A stretch of DNA of 63,724 bases, the filler included, from Planctomycetota bacterium (GTDB lineage: Bacteria > Planctomycetota > Planctomycetia > JALXBF01): NCBI GenBank assembly GCA_026991575.1. It is 10 parts of 10 records of this genome, joined end to end, with 100 filler letters (N's around TTAATTAATTAA, not from the genome) between each part and the next. Parts side by side here need not be neighbours in the genome. Positions count along the whole stretch, not along the records: positions 1 to 26,875 come from JALXBF010000020.1; 9 more parts are not named here. One strand, written 5' to 3'. Both the position numbers and the translations under genes were made by a program. The notes under the pieces are model-generated. The model was given only the letters and a program-made list of their open reading frames with translations. It made no database searches and had not been told where the DNA came from. Below, in pieces: positions 8,695 through 18,536 of the stretch. Position 1 is the first letter of the stretch, and each line of letters starts with the position of its first letter.

Positions 8695-10542
8695 ATGGCC
8701 GGTGTGCCGGACTTGACATGGCACGGCTCGCTGCGGTTGGAAGGGCGGGCGGGCCGCCGCAGGCCGGACGAAGGCCTACGCGGCTGGTTGCCGGGGCTGG
8801 CGGCCCTGCGCACGGCTTCGCTCGGAAGCCTCGTGCGCGACGTGACGGCCGGTCTGACCGTGGCCTTCATCACCGTGCCGCAGGCGATGGGCTATGCGCT
8901 GGTAGCGGGCCTGCCGCCGGAAGTCGGGCTGTACACGGCCATCGTCACCGGCCTGGTTGCATCGCTGCTATCGCCGTCTCCCTACCTTGTGCATGGCCCG
9001 ACGAATGCGATTGCCATTGCCGTCTTCAGCAGCCTGGCGCATAGCGGCGCGGCGGCTGTTGAGGAGCGAATTGGCCTGGCGGTGCTGCTGAGCGTGCTGG
9101 TAGGCGTGATTCAGACGGCCTTGGGGCTGTTTCGCGCCGGCGATCTGACCCGGTTCATCTCGCGGGGCGTGCTGCTTGGGTTCATGCTTGCGGCAGCCGT
9201 CCTGATTGCGCTCACACAGGTGCCCCATCTTCTGGGCAACTCGAGACTTATCGCTGACCGGCCGGGTGGCTGGCTGCTGGGCAGCCTGCTACGCTCGCTA
9301 AACCACGCACCGCACCTGCCAACCGTCATGGTCGCGGCCTGGAGCGCGGCGACCCTCGTCGTGCTACGGTGGCTGAAGGCGCGGCTGGGCTGGCCGATTC
9401 CGGAGCTGTTCCTGGCCATGGTCGTTGCGGCCGCTGTGGTCTGGGCGCTGGATCTGGCGGACAGCGGCGTGGCGGTCGTCGGTACGCTGCCTGGTTCGTT
9501 GCCTGCGTTGCGACCGCCAGCTTGGGACTGGGCGGCGGTCGAGCGGCTGGCCGGCTCGGCTCTGGCCATTGCGCTACTGGGCCTGTTGGAGGCACTGGCG
9601 ATTGCCCGTTCGCTGGCGCTTCGGCAAGGCGAGACGCTGGATGCGAACCGGCAGTGCCTCAGCGAAGGGCTGGCGAACCTGGTCGGCGGGCTGTTTGGTT
9701 GCATGCCAGGGTCGGGCTCGTTCACGCGGTCGGCGGTGAACTACGAAGCGGGGGCGCGCAGTCAGCTGGCTGCAGCGCTGGCTTCGGCGATCGTGGCCGC
9801 GGCAGTAGTGTGGGCAGCTCCGCTGGCACAGTACGTACCGCTGGCAACGCTTGGCGTGATCCTGATCGTGGCAGCCTGGCGTATGATCGACTGGCCAGCG
9901 CTGGTGTACCACCTGCGCGCCACCCCGGCGGACGCGGCGATTGTGCTGCTGACAGCCTCGACCGGGTTGCTGATCTCCGTAGAGTTTGCCATCCTTGCGG
10001 GAACGTTGCTGTCGGTGGTCTGCTACGTGCCGCGTGCCGCCCGGCTCTACCTGACGGAGCTGGTGGTGGCGGAGGAGGGGGTGGTGCGTGAGCGGCGGGA
10101 AGCGGATCCCGGTTGCGAGCGGATCCTGATGTTCGACCTGGAGGGGGAGTTGTTCTTCGGGGCGGCACCGGCGTTGGAGGAGGGGCTGGATGCGATCGAC
10201 CGGCGGGTTGGAGCGGCAACGCGTGTGATCCTGCTTCGGTTGAAGCGGGTGCGGAACGCGGACGCCACGTGTCTGGAGCTGTTGCACGATTGGCTGGCCC
10301 GCTGGCGCGGCCGTGGCCTCCGTGTGCTACTCTGTGGCGTGCGTCCCGATCTGGCGCAGGCACTGAGGCGAAGTGGCGTCACGGCCGTGGTGGGCAGCGA
10401 GGCGGTGTTTCGTGAGCGGCCAGAGGCGTGGTCCAGTACGCTGGAGGCGGTCCGCTACGCGTACGAGCTGCTGGGCGAGGAGCGCTGCCCGCACTGCCCA
10501 CGGCGAAACGGGGGCAGCGAAGCCTGGTACTACGTGATCTAA
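8695..10542 (+). CDS. SulP/SLC26 anion (sulfate) transporter with STAS domain
   Basis: PQAMGYALVAGLPP..GLY, GPTNA, GSGSFTRSAVN, EGELFFGAA STAS motif. Confidence 0.93.
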   Translation: MAGVPDLTWHGSLRLEGRAGRRRPDEGLRGWLPGLAALRTASLGSLVRDVTAGLTVAFITVPQAMGYALVAGLPPEVGLYTAIVTGLVASLLSPSPYLVHGPTNAIAIAVFSSLAHSGAAAVEERIGLAVLLSVLVGVIQTALGLFRAGDLTRFISRGVLLGFMLAAAVLIALTQVPHLLGNSRLIADRPGGWLLGSLLRSLNHAPHLPTVMVAAWSAATLVVLRWLKARLGWPIPELFLAMVVAAAVVWALDLADSGVAVVGTLPGSLPALRPPAWDWAAVERLAGSALAIALLGLLEALAIARSLALRQGETLDANRQCLSEGLANLVGGLFGCMPGSGSFTRSAVNYEAGARSQLAAALASAIVAAAVVWAAPLAQYVPLATLGVILIVAAWRMIDWPALVYHLRATPADAAIVLLTASTGLLISVEFAILAGTLLSVVCYVPRAARLYLTELVVAEEGVVRERREADPGCERILMFDLEGELFFGAAPALEEGLDAIDRRVGAATRVILLRLKRVRNADATCLELLHDWLARWRGRGLRVLLCGVRPDLAQALRRSGVTAVVGSEAVFRERPEAWSSTLEAVRYAYELLGEERCPHCPRRNGGSEAWYYVI

Positions 10543-10610
10543 TCGCACCGGCTTTGTCGACCGGAGCCTTCCTGACGGCAGCTACTGGAGTTCTCCGTGG
10601 AGCTAAGCCC

Positions 10611-10961
10611 ATGCGCGATGACGATACAACGATCAGGCAGCTCAGGGACCGAGTGCGCCAGTTTATCGCCGAGCGGCAGTGGGAGCGTTACCACACGCCC
10701 CGCAATTTGGCCGTTTCGCTGATTGTCGAAGCAGCCGAATTGCTGGAGCACTTCCAGTGGCGCACGGAAGCCGAAGTGGAGGAATACCTGGCCGAGCCAT
10801 CGAACCGGGCAGCCGTGGCGGAAGAGATCGCCGACGTCTTCTCATACCTGCTCAGCCTGGCGGATCGCATGGAGCTTGACCTTGCCAAGGAGCTGGACGC
10901 GAAGCTGCGCAAGAACGCGCTGAAGTATCCCGCCGAGCAATGGCGCGGCCGCGCGCACTGA
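10611..10961 (+). CDS. MazG-like nucleotide pyrophosphohydrolase (dCTP pyrophosphatase-like)
   Basis: ERQWERYHTPRNLAVSLIVEAAELLEHFQW, EEIADV, KNALKYP. Confidence 0.92.
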   Translation: MRDDDTTIRQLRDRVRQFIAERQWERYHTPRNLAVSLIVEAAELLEHFQWRTEAEVEEYLAEPSNRAAVAEEIADVFSYLLSLADRMELDLAKELDAKLRKNALKYPAEQWRGRAH

Positions 10962-11026
10962 ACAGCACCCGCCCGTGCCTGCTCCCGCTGACGCCGGCCA
11001 GCCGAAGCAAGTGAAACCGGGAACCT

Positions 11027-12544
11027 ATGCGCGTTAGGCGGGCCGGCAACCGGATCGTCCACTTTGGCTTCTGGGTCGGAATGGCTACCGCGCTGCTTGC
11101 CAGCGGCAGCCTACTGACGCAGCGCGCCTGCGCACCGGCCGGCGACCGTGACTTGGCTCGCGCTTACCGGATCGAGCCGATTGCACTTGGCTACCTTATG
11201 GCGGTCCGCACCGAATTGCTCCGCCGCCACGCCCGTGGGGACACGGTCTGGAACCGGGACACAGTGCATCGAGCCGCCTCGGTACGGCCCTTCTGGGAAG
11301 AGCTCCGTCAGGCTGCCACGGTGCGCGTTGCCATAGTCTACGACCAGGCCACCGCTGTGCTGGCAGAGCGCGTCGCCTACTGGCTCACCGCACTCGACCT
11401 GCCGCACGTTGCCGTCTCGCTCGCGGAGCCAGCGGCTTCCAGGACCGACGCCGCACTCGGCGGGGGACGCATCAGGCTGAGTCTCCGCAAAGCGTCCGAC
11501 CGCATCCATGCTCAAGTCCTGGACTGCCGGCTGCCCTTTGTGGAATTCAGCAATCCCAGCGGTGCTGTGCCGCGGACAAGGCTCCTGTCCGTCCCGCCGG
11601 ACCGGCCCGTCGAAGAAGCTGCCCTGCGCATCGTTCACCGGTTCCTGGCCTGGTATCGCGGCTGCCTGAATCGACTCATCGACCAAGCCCGGCATGCGTC
11701 CTCGGGCCGGGACCGGCTGGAAGCTGCCGCTCGCTACCTTTTCTTGACGCCCGACTGGGACGGCATCACCGTCCTGGAGTGGGACTCGACACTTCGTACC
11801 ACATTGGGCATCTCTCCACTTCGTCTGCTCTACGCGCCACCATCGACGGCCGTAGTAGGCAGCCCACTGGCCACGGGGGATTGGCCACTGGGGTTCATTG
11901 CGACCGAGCCCGTTGTAGCTGGCAGGTGGCCGGCATTGATTCGCTGTGTCCGAGATGGTGCGGAGTTGGTGTTGGTGTCCCGCACAGGCGATGGCCGTAC
12001 GGGCGCAGTGTCCACCGCTTGCTGGTACGTGGATCGCTACGAGGTCACCGTCCAGCAGTATGTCCGGTACCTCTTGCTGACGCGACGCGGTGAGCGGTGG
12101 CAGCATCCGAGGCAGTTGACGGCGGCTGAGCGGGCTGCCTACCCAGTGACGCTTGTCTGCTGGTACGAAGCGACCCAGTACCTGCAGTGGGCCGGTCGCA
12201 ACCTTCCCACGCACGCCCTTTGGCGCAGGCTGGCCGCCCGGGCCGTCCCCTTTGCGCCGAGCGGTCACCTGTCGGCTAGTGCTTACTCCGCCCGGGACGT
12301 ACACCCGCTGGGGCTGGTCAACTTGCGGTCTGGCGTTGCCGAGTGGCTTCGCGATTGTGTTCGTGGCTCGCGGTTGGCTCCGGACGAGCCCATCGCCTGC
12401 CCGCAGCGATGGGCAACCCCGCTGCCATGGCAGGCCCACGCGCACGGGGCTTCGACGCGTCCTCTGCCGGCGGACTACCGCTCGCCCTGGCTCGGATTCC
12501 GGGGAGTGCTCCTCATCGGCAAGCGGACCGGTGACCAGGCGTAG
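11027..12544 (+). CDS. Membrane-anchored protein with divergent C-terminal FGE-sulfatase (SUMF1-like) domain
   Basis: DRYEVTVQQY, YPVTLVCWYEA..W..RNLPT, GVAEW, LGFRGV; N-terminal hydrophobic segment. Confidence 0.7.
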   Translation: MRVRRAGNRIVHFGFWVGMATALLASGSLLTQRACAPAGDRDLARAYRIEPIALGYLMAVRTELLRRHARGDTVWNRDTVHRAASVRPFWEELRQAATVRVAIVYDQATAVLAERVAYWLTALDLPHVAVSLAEPAASRTDAALGGGRIRLSLRKASDRIHAQVLDCRLPFVEFSNPSGAVPRTRLLSVPPDRPVEEAALRIVHRFLAWYRGCLNRLIDQARHASSGRDRLEAAARYLFLTPDWDGITVLEWDSTLRTTLGISPLRLLYAPPSTAVVGSPLATGDWPLGFIATEPVVAGRWPALIRCVRDGAELVLVSRTGDGRTGAVSTACWYVDRYEVTVQQYVRYLLLTRRGERWQHPRQLTAAERAAYPVTLVCWYEATQYLQWAGRNLPTHALWRRLAARAVPFAPSGHLSASAYSARDVHPLGLVNLRSGVAEWLRDCVRGSRLAPDEPIACPQRWATPLPWQAHAHGASTRPLPADYRSPWLGFRGVLLIGKRTGDQA

Positions 12545-12593
12545 CGAGGTTGCTCGGTAGCTGGCGGAGTGCCATGAAGCGTTCCAGCGTCGC

Positions 12594-13379
12594 CTATTGA
12601 TTGTCGTTAAGCTCAGGAAAACCGTCCCGGATCTCTGCCCGCGAGAGCTCAACGAGGTAGCGAGCGATTCGATCGATAACCAGCCGCAGGTAGCGTTGGC
12701 CCTTTTCCGCCGTTGCCGCTCGGGGATCGGCCGTTCCACTGGTCGGGGCAAGCCGGTGCCAGGGGCGCGTGATCTGAGCCCAGCCCTCACGAATTGCCTC
12801 CAGCGGTGGCCGCCTGGGCGGCTGCCACACCGCCTGATCCAGGCGGACCAGCTCAGGATACATGGCCAGTGCGACGGAAGTTTCCATCTCCCCGGCGTGA
12901 TCGTCCGGTTTCTCAAAGATCTGGTCGTACACGTCCAGGCCAACTTTCCACCAGTCGATCACCGATACGAACAGCTGCGTGTCGCCATACCACTCGCGGA
13001 GTAGCGGTTTCAAGGTGTTCCCACCGTGGCCGTTTATCAACACGAGCCGGTCAACGCCGTGTTTTTCCAGTGAACGGATAATGTCACTGAGTAAGGCGTA
13101 AAGCGTGAACAGCGACACGTGGATCGTCAGCGGAAACGATAGTAAGTTCTTGTCAACGCCGTAAGGGATTCCGGGCAGCAGCACGATGCGCGCACCGGCC
13201 TCAAACGCCTGCCGACAGGCCTCCTGCGCGACACGCGTGACGGTCAGGAAATCGTTGCCGTAAGGCAGATGATAGTTGTGTGGTTCGATGGCGCCGAGCG
13301 GGACGACGGCAAGGTTCGGGCGGTAATGCTGGAGGTCTTTCAGAGTGACGGTTTCCAGTTGCCACATGGCCTGCTCCAT
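12594..13379 (-). CDS. Creatininase family amidohydrolase
   Basis: PLGAIEPHNYHLPYGND, NGHGGN, DHAGEMETS. Confidence 0.93.
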   Translation of the reverse strand: MEQAMWQLETVTLKDLQHYRPNLAVVPLGAIEPHNYHLPYGNDFLTVTRVAQEACRQAFEAGARIVLLPGIPYGVDKNLLSFPLTIHVSLFTLYALLSDIIRSLEKHGVDRLVLINGHGGNTLKPLLREWYGDTQLFVSVIDWWKVGLDVYDQIFEKPDDHAGEMETSVALAMYPELVRLDQAVWQPPRRPPLEAIREGWAQITRPWHRLAPTSGTADPRAATAEKGQRYLRLVIDRIARYLVELSRAEIRDGFPELNDNQ

Positions 13380-13386
13380 CGGTGGC

Positions 13387-14061
13387 TCACCAGGGGCGTG
13401 CCGGCTCCCCGTAGCGCTCCTCGCGCCACGGGTCGCCTCTCATGTGATAGCCCAGCCTTTCCCAGAATCCTGGCCGGTCGTGCTCGACAAACTCCACGGC
13501 GGTAACCCACTTGGCGCTCTTCCACGCATAGAGCCGCGGGACCACCAGGCGTACCGGGCCGCCGTGCTCGGCGCTTAACGGCTCCTGGTCGTGTTTCCAG
13601 GCGAACAGGCTGTCTTCGGCGCAGAAGTACTCCAGCGGCAGGTTCGTCGACCAGCCATCCACGGCGTAAACGACGACGTAGGCTGCTTCGGGTCGTGGCC
13701 GCACCTGACGAGCGATCTCCCGTGTTGCCACTCCCTCCCAGAGGTTCCCCAGACGCGACCATCGCGTGACGCAGTGAAAATCAGCGAACACTCTCACTTG
13801 AGGCAGCGCGAGGAACTCTTCCCACCGCCATTCCCGGGGCTGCTCCACCAGCCCGTAGACTTTCAGCCGCCACCGGCTTCGGTCCACATGGTGTACCGGT
13901 CCGGCGTGGAGTACGGGCCATTTACGCGTGCGAACCTGGCCTGGTGGTAGGCGGTTGGCACGCAGCGTATCGGGGCTGATGATCACGTCGGGTGGCAAGC
14001 CTTCCGGTGAAGGCGGATCACCGGCCTGGTACTTGGAGACGTCCGGTTCGATGCCTGCCAT
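13387..14061 (-). CDS. Sulfite oxidase-like molybdopterin-binding oxidoreductase
   Basis: RLPPGQ, DFHCVTRWS, EHGGPVRLVVP.LYAWKSAKW, GFWE..GYH.RGDPW.EER. Confidence 0.92.
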   Translation of the reverse strand: MAGIEPDVSKYQAGDPPSPEGLPPDVIISPDTLRANRLPPGQVRTRKWPVLHAGPVHHVDRSRWRLKVYGLVEQPREWRWEEFLALPQVRVFADFHCVTRWSRLGNLWEGVATREIARQVRPRPEAAYVVVYAVDGWSTNLPLEYFCAEDSLFAWKHDQEPLSAEHGGPVRLVVPRLYAWKSAKWVTAVEFVEHDRPGFWERLGYHMRGDPWREERYGEPARPW

Positions 14062-14117
14062 CGGCTTCCTCGTGCGTTGAGCGCACCGGAACGAGACACT
14101 GTGTAGCTTGGCTAATC

Positions 14118-15965
14118 TTATCGCTTCAGCGGGTCGCGCAGCTTGATCAGCGTGCCGGTGCGAGCATCCAGCAGCCAGACAGAGCGCTCCGGGTAGAGCC
14201 GGCTAAGTGCTTCATTCTCCGCGGCACCCCGATCGCGCGCTCTGAGAATCGGGCCGGTCAGCGGCGGGAGGTTGTAGACCGGATCCAGGTGTCGTTGGCT
14301 CGGGTCGGGGCGGATGAACAGAAGGGCCGGTGGCGTGACGTGGCGGGCGATCAGGGCATCAAGGGTTGCGTAGTAGCGCTTGGCAAACAGGATCTGCGAC
14401 CGGGCTGCGCGGAGCTGCTCGATCGGTCCTGCCCACGTCAGGTACGGCTCCCCCTCACCGCCGAACCGGACGAGATTGGCCACCATGAAGACGGGCAGCC
14501 ACCACCGCACGACACGTGTCCAGGGCCCATTGGGCAGACGCTTCCACAGGTGAGCCAACGTGAAGGTGGCCACAACGACGAATGGCACGACCGATTCGAA
14601 CACGTAGGACAGCCCGAAGATCCCTTCAAACGCATACGCAAAGTATGCGGCATGGACGCCTAGACCGCACAGGAACACAAGCCGCGCGGGGCGAGACCAC
14701 GGCACGAGCACCAGCGACGCGGCAGCCAGGAAGGCCGCTGCCACCACTCCGAAGGTCCACTTGCCCACCGTTGCTGCTCGGACGGCAGCCAGGCTAACCG
14801 CCCGGGTCGGTGTCAGCTCGACGGCCCACCGGTCGTAGTTACGCAGTACTTTCGGATTATCGAATGCCCTACCACGCGACACGTTGTAGAAACCGTACCG
14901 ATGCCGAGGCGTGTAGATATCAAGGTACTTGCCGTACGGCGAGCGGAACGGGGAGCCGGTGAGGGCCTCGTTGTACGCGGCCAGCGCGGCAAGGCCGACG
15001 AACACAGGGAGCAATCCGGCCGCGGCCCACAGCAGCACGCGCCGGTTCCGCTCACGCAGGCAGTCGAACAGGCCGGCTATGGCCAGCGGTAAGGCAAAAC
15101 CGAATGCGGTCAGCGGTCGACACAGCAGCGCCAGAGCCAGTCCGATGCCCGACATCACCGCCAATCCGGGGCGGTGGTTGGGCAAGGAAGCAAGAAACGC
15201 CCACAGACACAAGGTCAGGCCGAGGATCGTGGGCATGTGGCTGAGAAACAGGTTGGCGAAGACGGGTAGGGGAGGGAGCATGGCGACAAGCAATCCGGCT
15301 GCCGATGCGGCGCGCCGCAGTCCCAGATGACGGGCGATCAGATAGGCCAGTGCCGCGGTGCCTGCTGCGGCACAGTAGTTGCCGAGCAATGGGAGGCCCA
15401 TGGCGACGAACGGTGCCAAGTATAGCCCGACGCCCGGAAAGTAGCGGCTGGCATAGACACCGTCGTCGTTGAGCACGTGCATCTGGTCGAAGAACTGGGG
15501 CAGTGGGTGCTGGGGCCAGTAGAGCCTGCCTGCCAGGAAGGTACGTGCCTGAAAGAGATAGCTGAACTCGTCGTGGTAGGCCGGCGGTAGTCCCTGCATC
15601 GGCAGACCAACGAGAGCGGCTGCGGCGAATCCGGTCCCGGCCACAAGAACCGCGCACCACAGCTCCGGCCACCGGCCCTGAAGCGGGCCACCTGGATGCT
15701 CCTGTGCTCCTGGCCTCGACGTTCCGCGACGAGCAAGCCAGAGCAGTACCGGCAGTAGCAGTAGGGCAAGGGCCGGGACCGTGGTGTCAGGGTGGGCCGG
15801 GTAGCTGAGAAGCAGGATTGGTTGGCGAGCGACGAGAGCCAGGGTACCGCTCTCGGCATAGAGCACAAGGGCAACGGCAGCGGCTAATCCAGTGGCCAGG
15901 CCCGCTGTCACAACGCGCGGCGAAGGAAGCTGTGCGGCAGGTTGGTTGCTGGTTCGTGAGCTCAC
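14118..15965 (-). CDS. Polytopic membrane protein, probable GT-C fold (ArnT/PMT-like) glycosyltransferase
   Basis: Many TM segments; HDEFSYLFQA loop, SRYFPG, LLCRPLTA. Confidence 0.6.
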   Translation of the reverse strand: MSSRTSNQPAAQLPSPRVVTAGLATGLAAAVALVLYAESGTLALVARQPILLLSYPAHPDTTVPALALLLLPVLLWLARRGTSRPGAQEHPGGPLQGRWPELWCAVLVAGTGFAAAALVGLPMQGLPPAYHDEFSYLFQARTFLAGRLYWPQHPLPQFFDQMHVLNDDGVYASRYFPGVGLYLAPFVAMGLPLLGNYCAAAGTAALAYLIARHLGLRRAASAAGLLVAMLPPLPVFANLFLSHMPTILGLTLCLWAFLASLPNHRPGLAVMSGIGLALALLCRPLTAFGFALPLAIAGLFDCLRERNRRVLLWAAAGLLPVFVGLAALAAYNEALTGSPFRSPYGKYLDIYTPRHRYGFYNVSRGRAFDNPKVLRNYDRWAVELTPTRAVSLAAVRAATVGKWTFGVVAAAFLAAASLVLVPWSRPARLVFLCGLGVHAAYFAYAFEGIFGLSYVFESVVPFVVVATFTLAHLWKRLPNGPWTRVVRWWLPVFMVANLVRFGGEGEPYLTWAGPIEQLRAARSQILFAKRYYATLDALIARHVTPPALLFIRPDPSQRHLDPVYNLPPLTGPILRARDRGAAENEALSRLYPERSVWLLDARTGTLIKLRDPLKR

Positions 15966-17032
15966 TCGGTTTCGGAGTTGTCGGCAGCGGCGACAGTAAC
16001 ACGTCCTGGGTGGCCAAGCTCTCCCTCTATCTGGATGTTACGGCCCAGGAACAGCTGTAGGAGATGGGTGTGGGTGATCAGGTGCTGGGTGATGCGGGAG
16101 GTCGTGTAGCTAGAGCTTCCCGGTGCCAGGGCCAGTGGCAGAACGAGCTGGTCACCGGTGTGGGGGTCCGTGGCCGCGTCCGAGTCGAGGTACTCGAAGA
16201 ACTCGTCTACGGCCTCGTCCGCCACACGCTCCGCGCGCTTGCCCCGTTCCCCAAGCGCTTGAAAGCCCGCGTACGTGATCGAATCGCGGTACCAGATGAA
16301 GACGTACGTGCCAGGACAGCTTGCTTGCACGCGTCCCAGGTGCACTTCGGCCAGCTCTATGCCGCGCGCAGCCAGCCGCTTCTCGGCACGCCGCGCCTGT
16401 CGTTCAGCGATCGACTCGGGCAGTCGCGCCACGTAGCTCCACAGCTCGACGCTCGGGTTCTCGCCCCGCGCTTCCAGCCACAGGGACCGCACCGAGTGGA
16501 AACCGTCACTGCCGGTGATTGCTGCCTTGACCCGGCCGCCGCCGCTCGGATAGAAGCCGTGGCGGAGCAGTGACAGTCGGACAGCCAGACCGAGGCGCGC
16601 CAGGTAACGGGCCCAGACAAGCTCCAGAAACTCAAAGCACGGGGCCAAGGGGTTATGGGTGCCGCCGACGACGGTGACCGTGCTGGTACCGGGAACCGCT
16701 AGCAGAGGCCACACGACCGTTTGGAGCACCAGGGAGGTGGATCCGGCGGTGCCGACGTCGAAGCTGTAGTTGCCGTGGCGAACCGGGCCGGGGCGAAACG
16801 TGAACTCCGTGGCTCCGACCTGCAAACCTTCGACCTCCGCGCCGCAGATCTGTCGTGCCGCTCGGATTGCCGTCAGGTGCTGGTTCCCCAGCCCGGGATT
16901 GCGGCGCTTGGCGCGTACGCGAACCATGCGGATGGGGCGGCCGGTGACACAGCTCAGCGCCACGGCCGTGCGCACAATCTGACCACCACCCTCACCAAAC
17001 GATCCGTCGATCGTCAGCAGCTCATCGCCCAT
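15962..17032 (-). CDS. rtcA: RNA 3'-terminal phosphate cyclase
   Basis: IDGSFGEGGGQIVRTA, R.NPGL..QH, GGTH, GFYP.GGG, DPHTGDQL catalytic His. Confidence 0.95.
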   Translation of the reverse strand: MGDELLTIDGSFGEGGGQIVRTAVALSCVTGRPIRMVRVRAKRRNPGLGNQHLTAIRAARQICGAEVEGLQVGATEFTFRPGPVRHGNYSFDVGTAGSTSLVLQTVVWPLLAVPGTSTVTVVGGTHNPLAPCFEFLELVWARYLARLGLAVRLSLLRHGFYPSGGGRVKAAITGSDGFHSVRSLWLEARGENPSVELWSYVARLPESIAERQARRAEKRLAARGIELAEVHLGRVQASCPGTYVFIWYRDSITYAGFQALGERGKRAERVADEAVDEFFEYLDSDAATDPHTGDQLVLPLALAPGSSSYTTSRITQHLITHTHLLQLFLGRNIQIEGELGHPGRVTVAAADNSETE

Positions 17033-17045
17033 GGCCGCTGTCGGG

Positions 17046-18536
17046 TCAGCGAATCGAACGGGGCGGTTTCTGACCCTCTGGAATCAGGCTGCGGTACGTG
17101 CGCCCTTTGAGCCGCTGCTTAAGGTCACGGCGGGCTGCCTCGACCAGCTCCGGCTTCTCGTAGATAGCTACCGCGGCAGCTGCCAATACCTTTGCGGCAA
17201 CCAGTAACCCCTTGTTGCCGATGGACGAACCCACCGCGGCCACGTTCTGCCAGCTATGCCCGGGCGACTCGTACGGGAAGCAGGCCGTGCCGATGCCGCT
17301 GGTGGGCACGAACCAGCTTATGTCACCGACGTCCGTCGAACCCTTCATGGCGGTGGGTTTGTCGGGCAACGGCGCAATCGCATCGTCCAGCGGCTTGGTG
17401 TACTTGACGCCGAGCTGCTCCTCCAACGGTTCCTGCAGCTGCCGTGCAAAGGCCTTCTCCTCGTCGGTGAATTGCGGTGGACCGATCTGGCGGAAGACCT
17501 CATGTAGCAGCTCGGACAGCGGTCGGTTCGGCACCAGTTCGTGGTTATCGGTAATGATGTCGATGGTGACCTTGGTCTGGGTCATCATGGCGGCTGCTCG
17601 GGCGATGTCCATGATCCACCGGGCGTACCGTTCCATGTCCTCGTGTCGGTCTGCTCGGATGTAGTACCAGACCTGGGCCTGCGGTGGCACGACATTTGGC
17701 TGGCCACCGCCGTCGGTGATGACATAGTGGAAGCGAGCGTCCTCTCTGACGTGTTCTCGCATGTAGTTGACCCCAATATTCATCAGCTCGACGGCATCCA
17801 GTGCGCTACGCCCGTCTTGCGGCGACGCGGAAGCGTGCGCGGCAATGCCATGGAAGGTGAATTTCACGGAAGTGATCGCCTTCGACGAGCTGAACAGGAC
17901 GTGGTTCTTGCCGCTGGGGTGCCAGTGGAGGCAGATATCGAGGTCGCGGAACAGACCGGCACGCAGCATGTACACTTTGCCGATCCCCGTTTCCTCGGCC
18001 GGGGTGCCATAGACACGGATGGTGCCCGGCAGGCCACGCTGTTCGAGGACGTGTTTCACGGCCAGGGCGGCGCCGACCGCCGCGCTACCCAGAGCCGAGT
18101 GGCCGCAAGCATGGCCTGCACCTCCTTCACGGTACGGTTTCCGCTGCGGCACGGTGTCTTGAGACAGACCGGGCAAGGCATCGTATTCAGCGAGCAGTCC
18201 AATGATGGGACGGCCACTGCCGTAGCTGGCCACGAAGGCCGTAGGCATATCGGCCACGCCCAGCTCCACCTGGAAGCCGTGCTTGCGCAACACGTGCACC
18301 AGGGCAGCAGCTGACTGACGTTCCTGCAGACCAATCTCCGCATACTCCCAGATCTTGCGATTCAATTGCCAGAGGAGTTCACGGTTTGCATCCAGATAAG
18401 CAATCGCCTGTTGCTGGGCGACCGATAGGGATGTGCCCTTCGAAGTGGACTGGGCCGGGACCGAACTACCGAGAAGCAGCGTGACGGCGAGGGCACAGGC
18501 CGGAAGGGAGCCGTTACACAGAAGATGGCTTGTCAT
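17046..18536 (-). CDS. M20 amidohydrolase (AbgB-like) with signal peptide
   Basis: AEYDALPGLSQ, GHACGH, GTPAEE, HWHP, GSTDVGDISW, HSWQ; ATG at 18536 inferred. Confidence 0.88.
   Translation of the reverse strand: MTSHLLCNGSLPACALAVTLLLGSSVPAQSTSKGTSLSVAQQQAIAYLDANRELLWQLNRKIWEYAEIGLQERQSAAALVHVLRKHGFQVELGVADMPTAFVASYGSGRPIIGLLAEYDALPGLSQDTVPQRKPYREGGAGHACGHSALGSAAVGAALAVKHVLEQRGLPGTIRVYGTPAEETGIGKVYMLRAGLFRDLDICLHWHPSGKNHVLFSSSKAITSVKFTFHGIAAHASASPQDGRSALDAVELMNIGVNYMREHVREDARFHYVITDGGGQPNVVPPQAQVWYYIRADRHEDMERYARWIMDIARAAAMMTQTKVTIDIITDNHELVPNRPLSELLHEVFRQIGPPQFTDEEKAFARQLQEPLEEQLGVKYTKPLDDAIAPLPDKPTAMKGSTDVGDISWFVPTSGIGTACFPYESPGHSWQNVAAVGSSIGNKGLLVAAKVLAAAAVAIYEKPELVEAARRDLKQRLKGRTYRSLIPEGQKPPRSIR

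Noticed and set aside
11111..12943. 610-aa minus-strand ORF
   Set aside because: Antisense shadow of the FGE-domain gene, overlapping creatininase; no motifs
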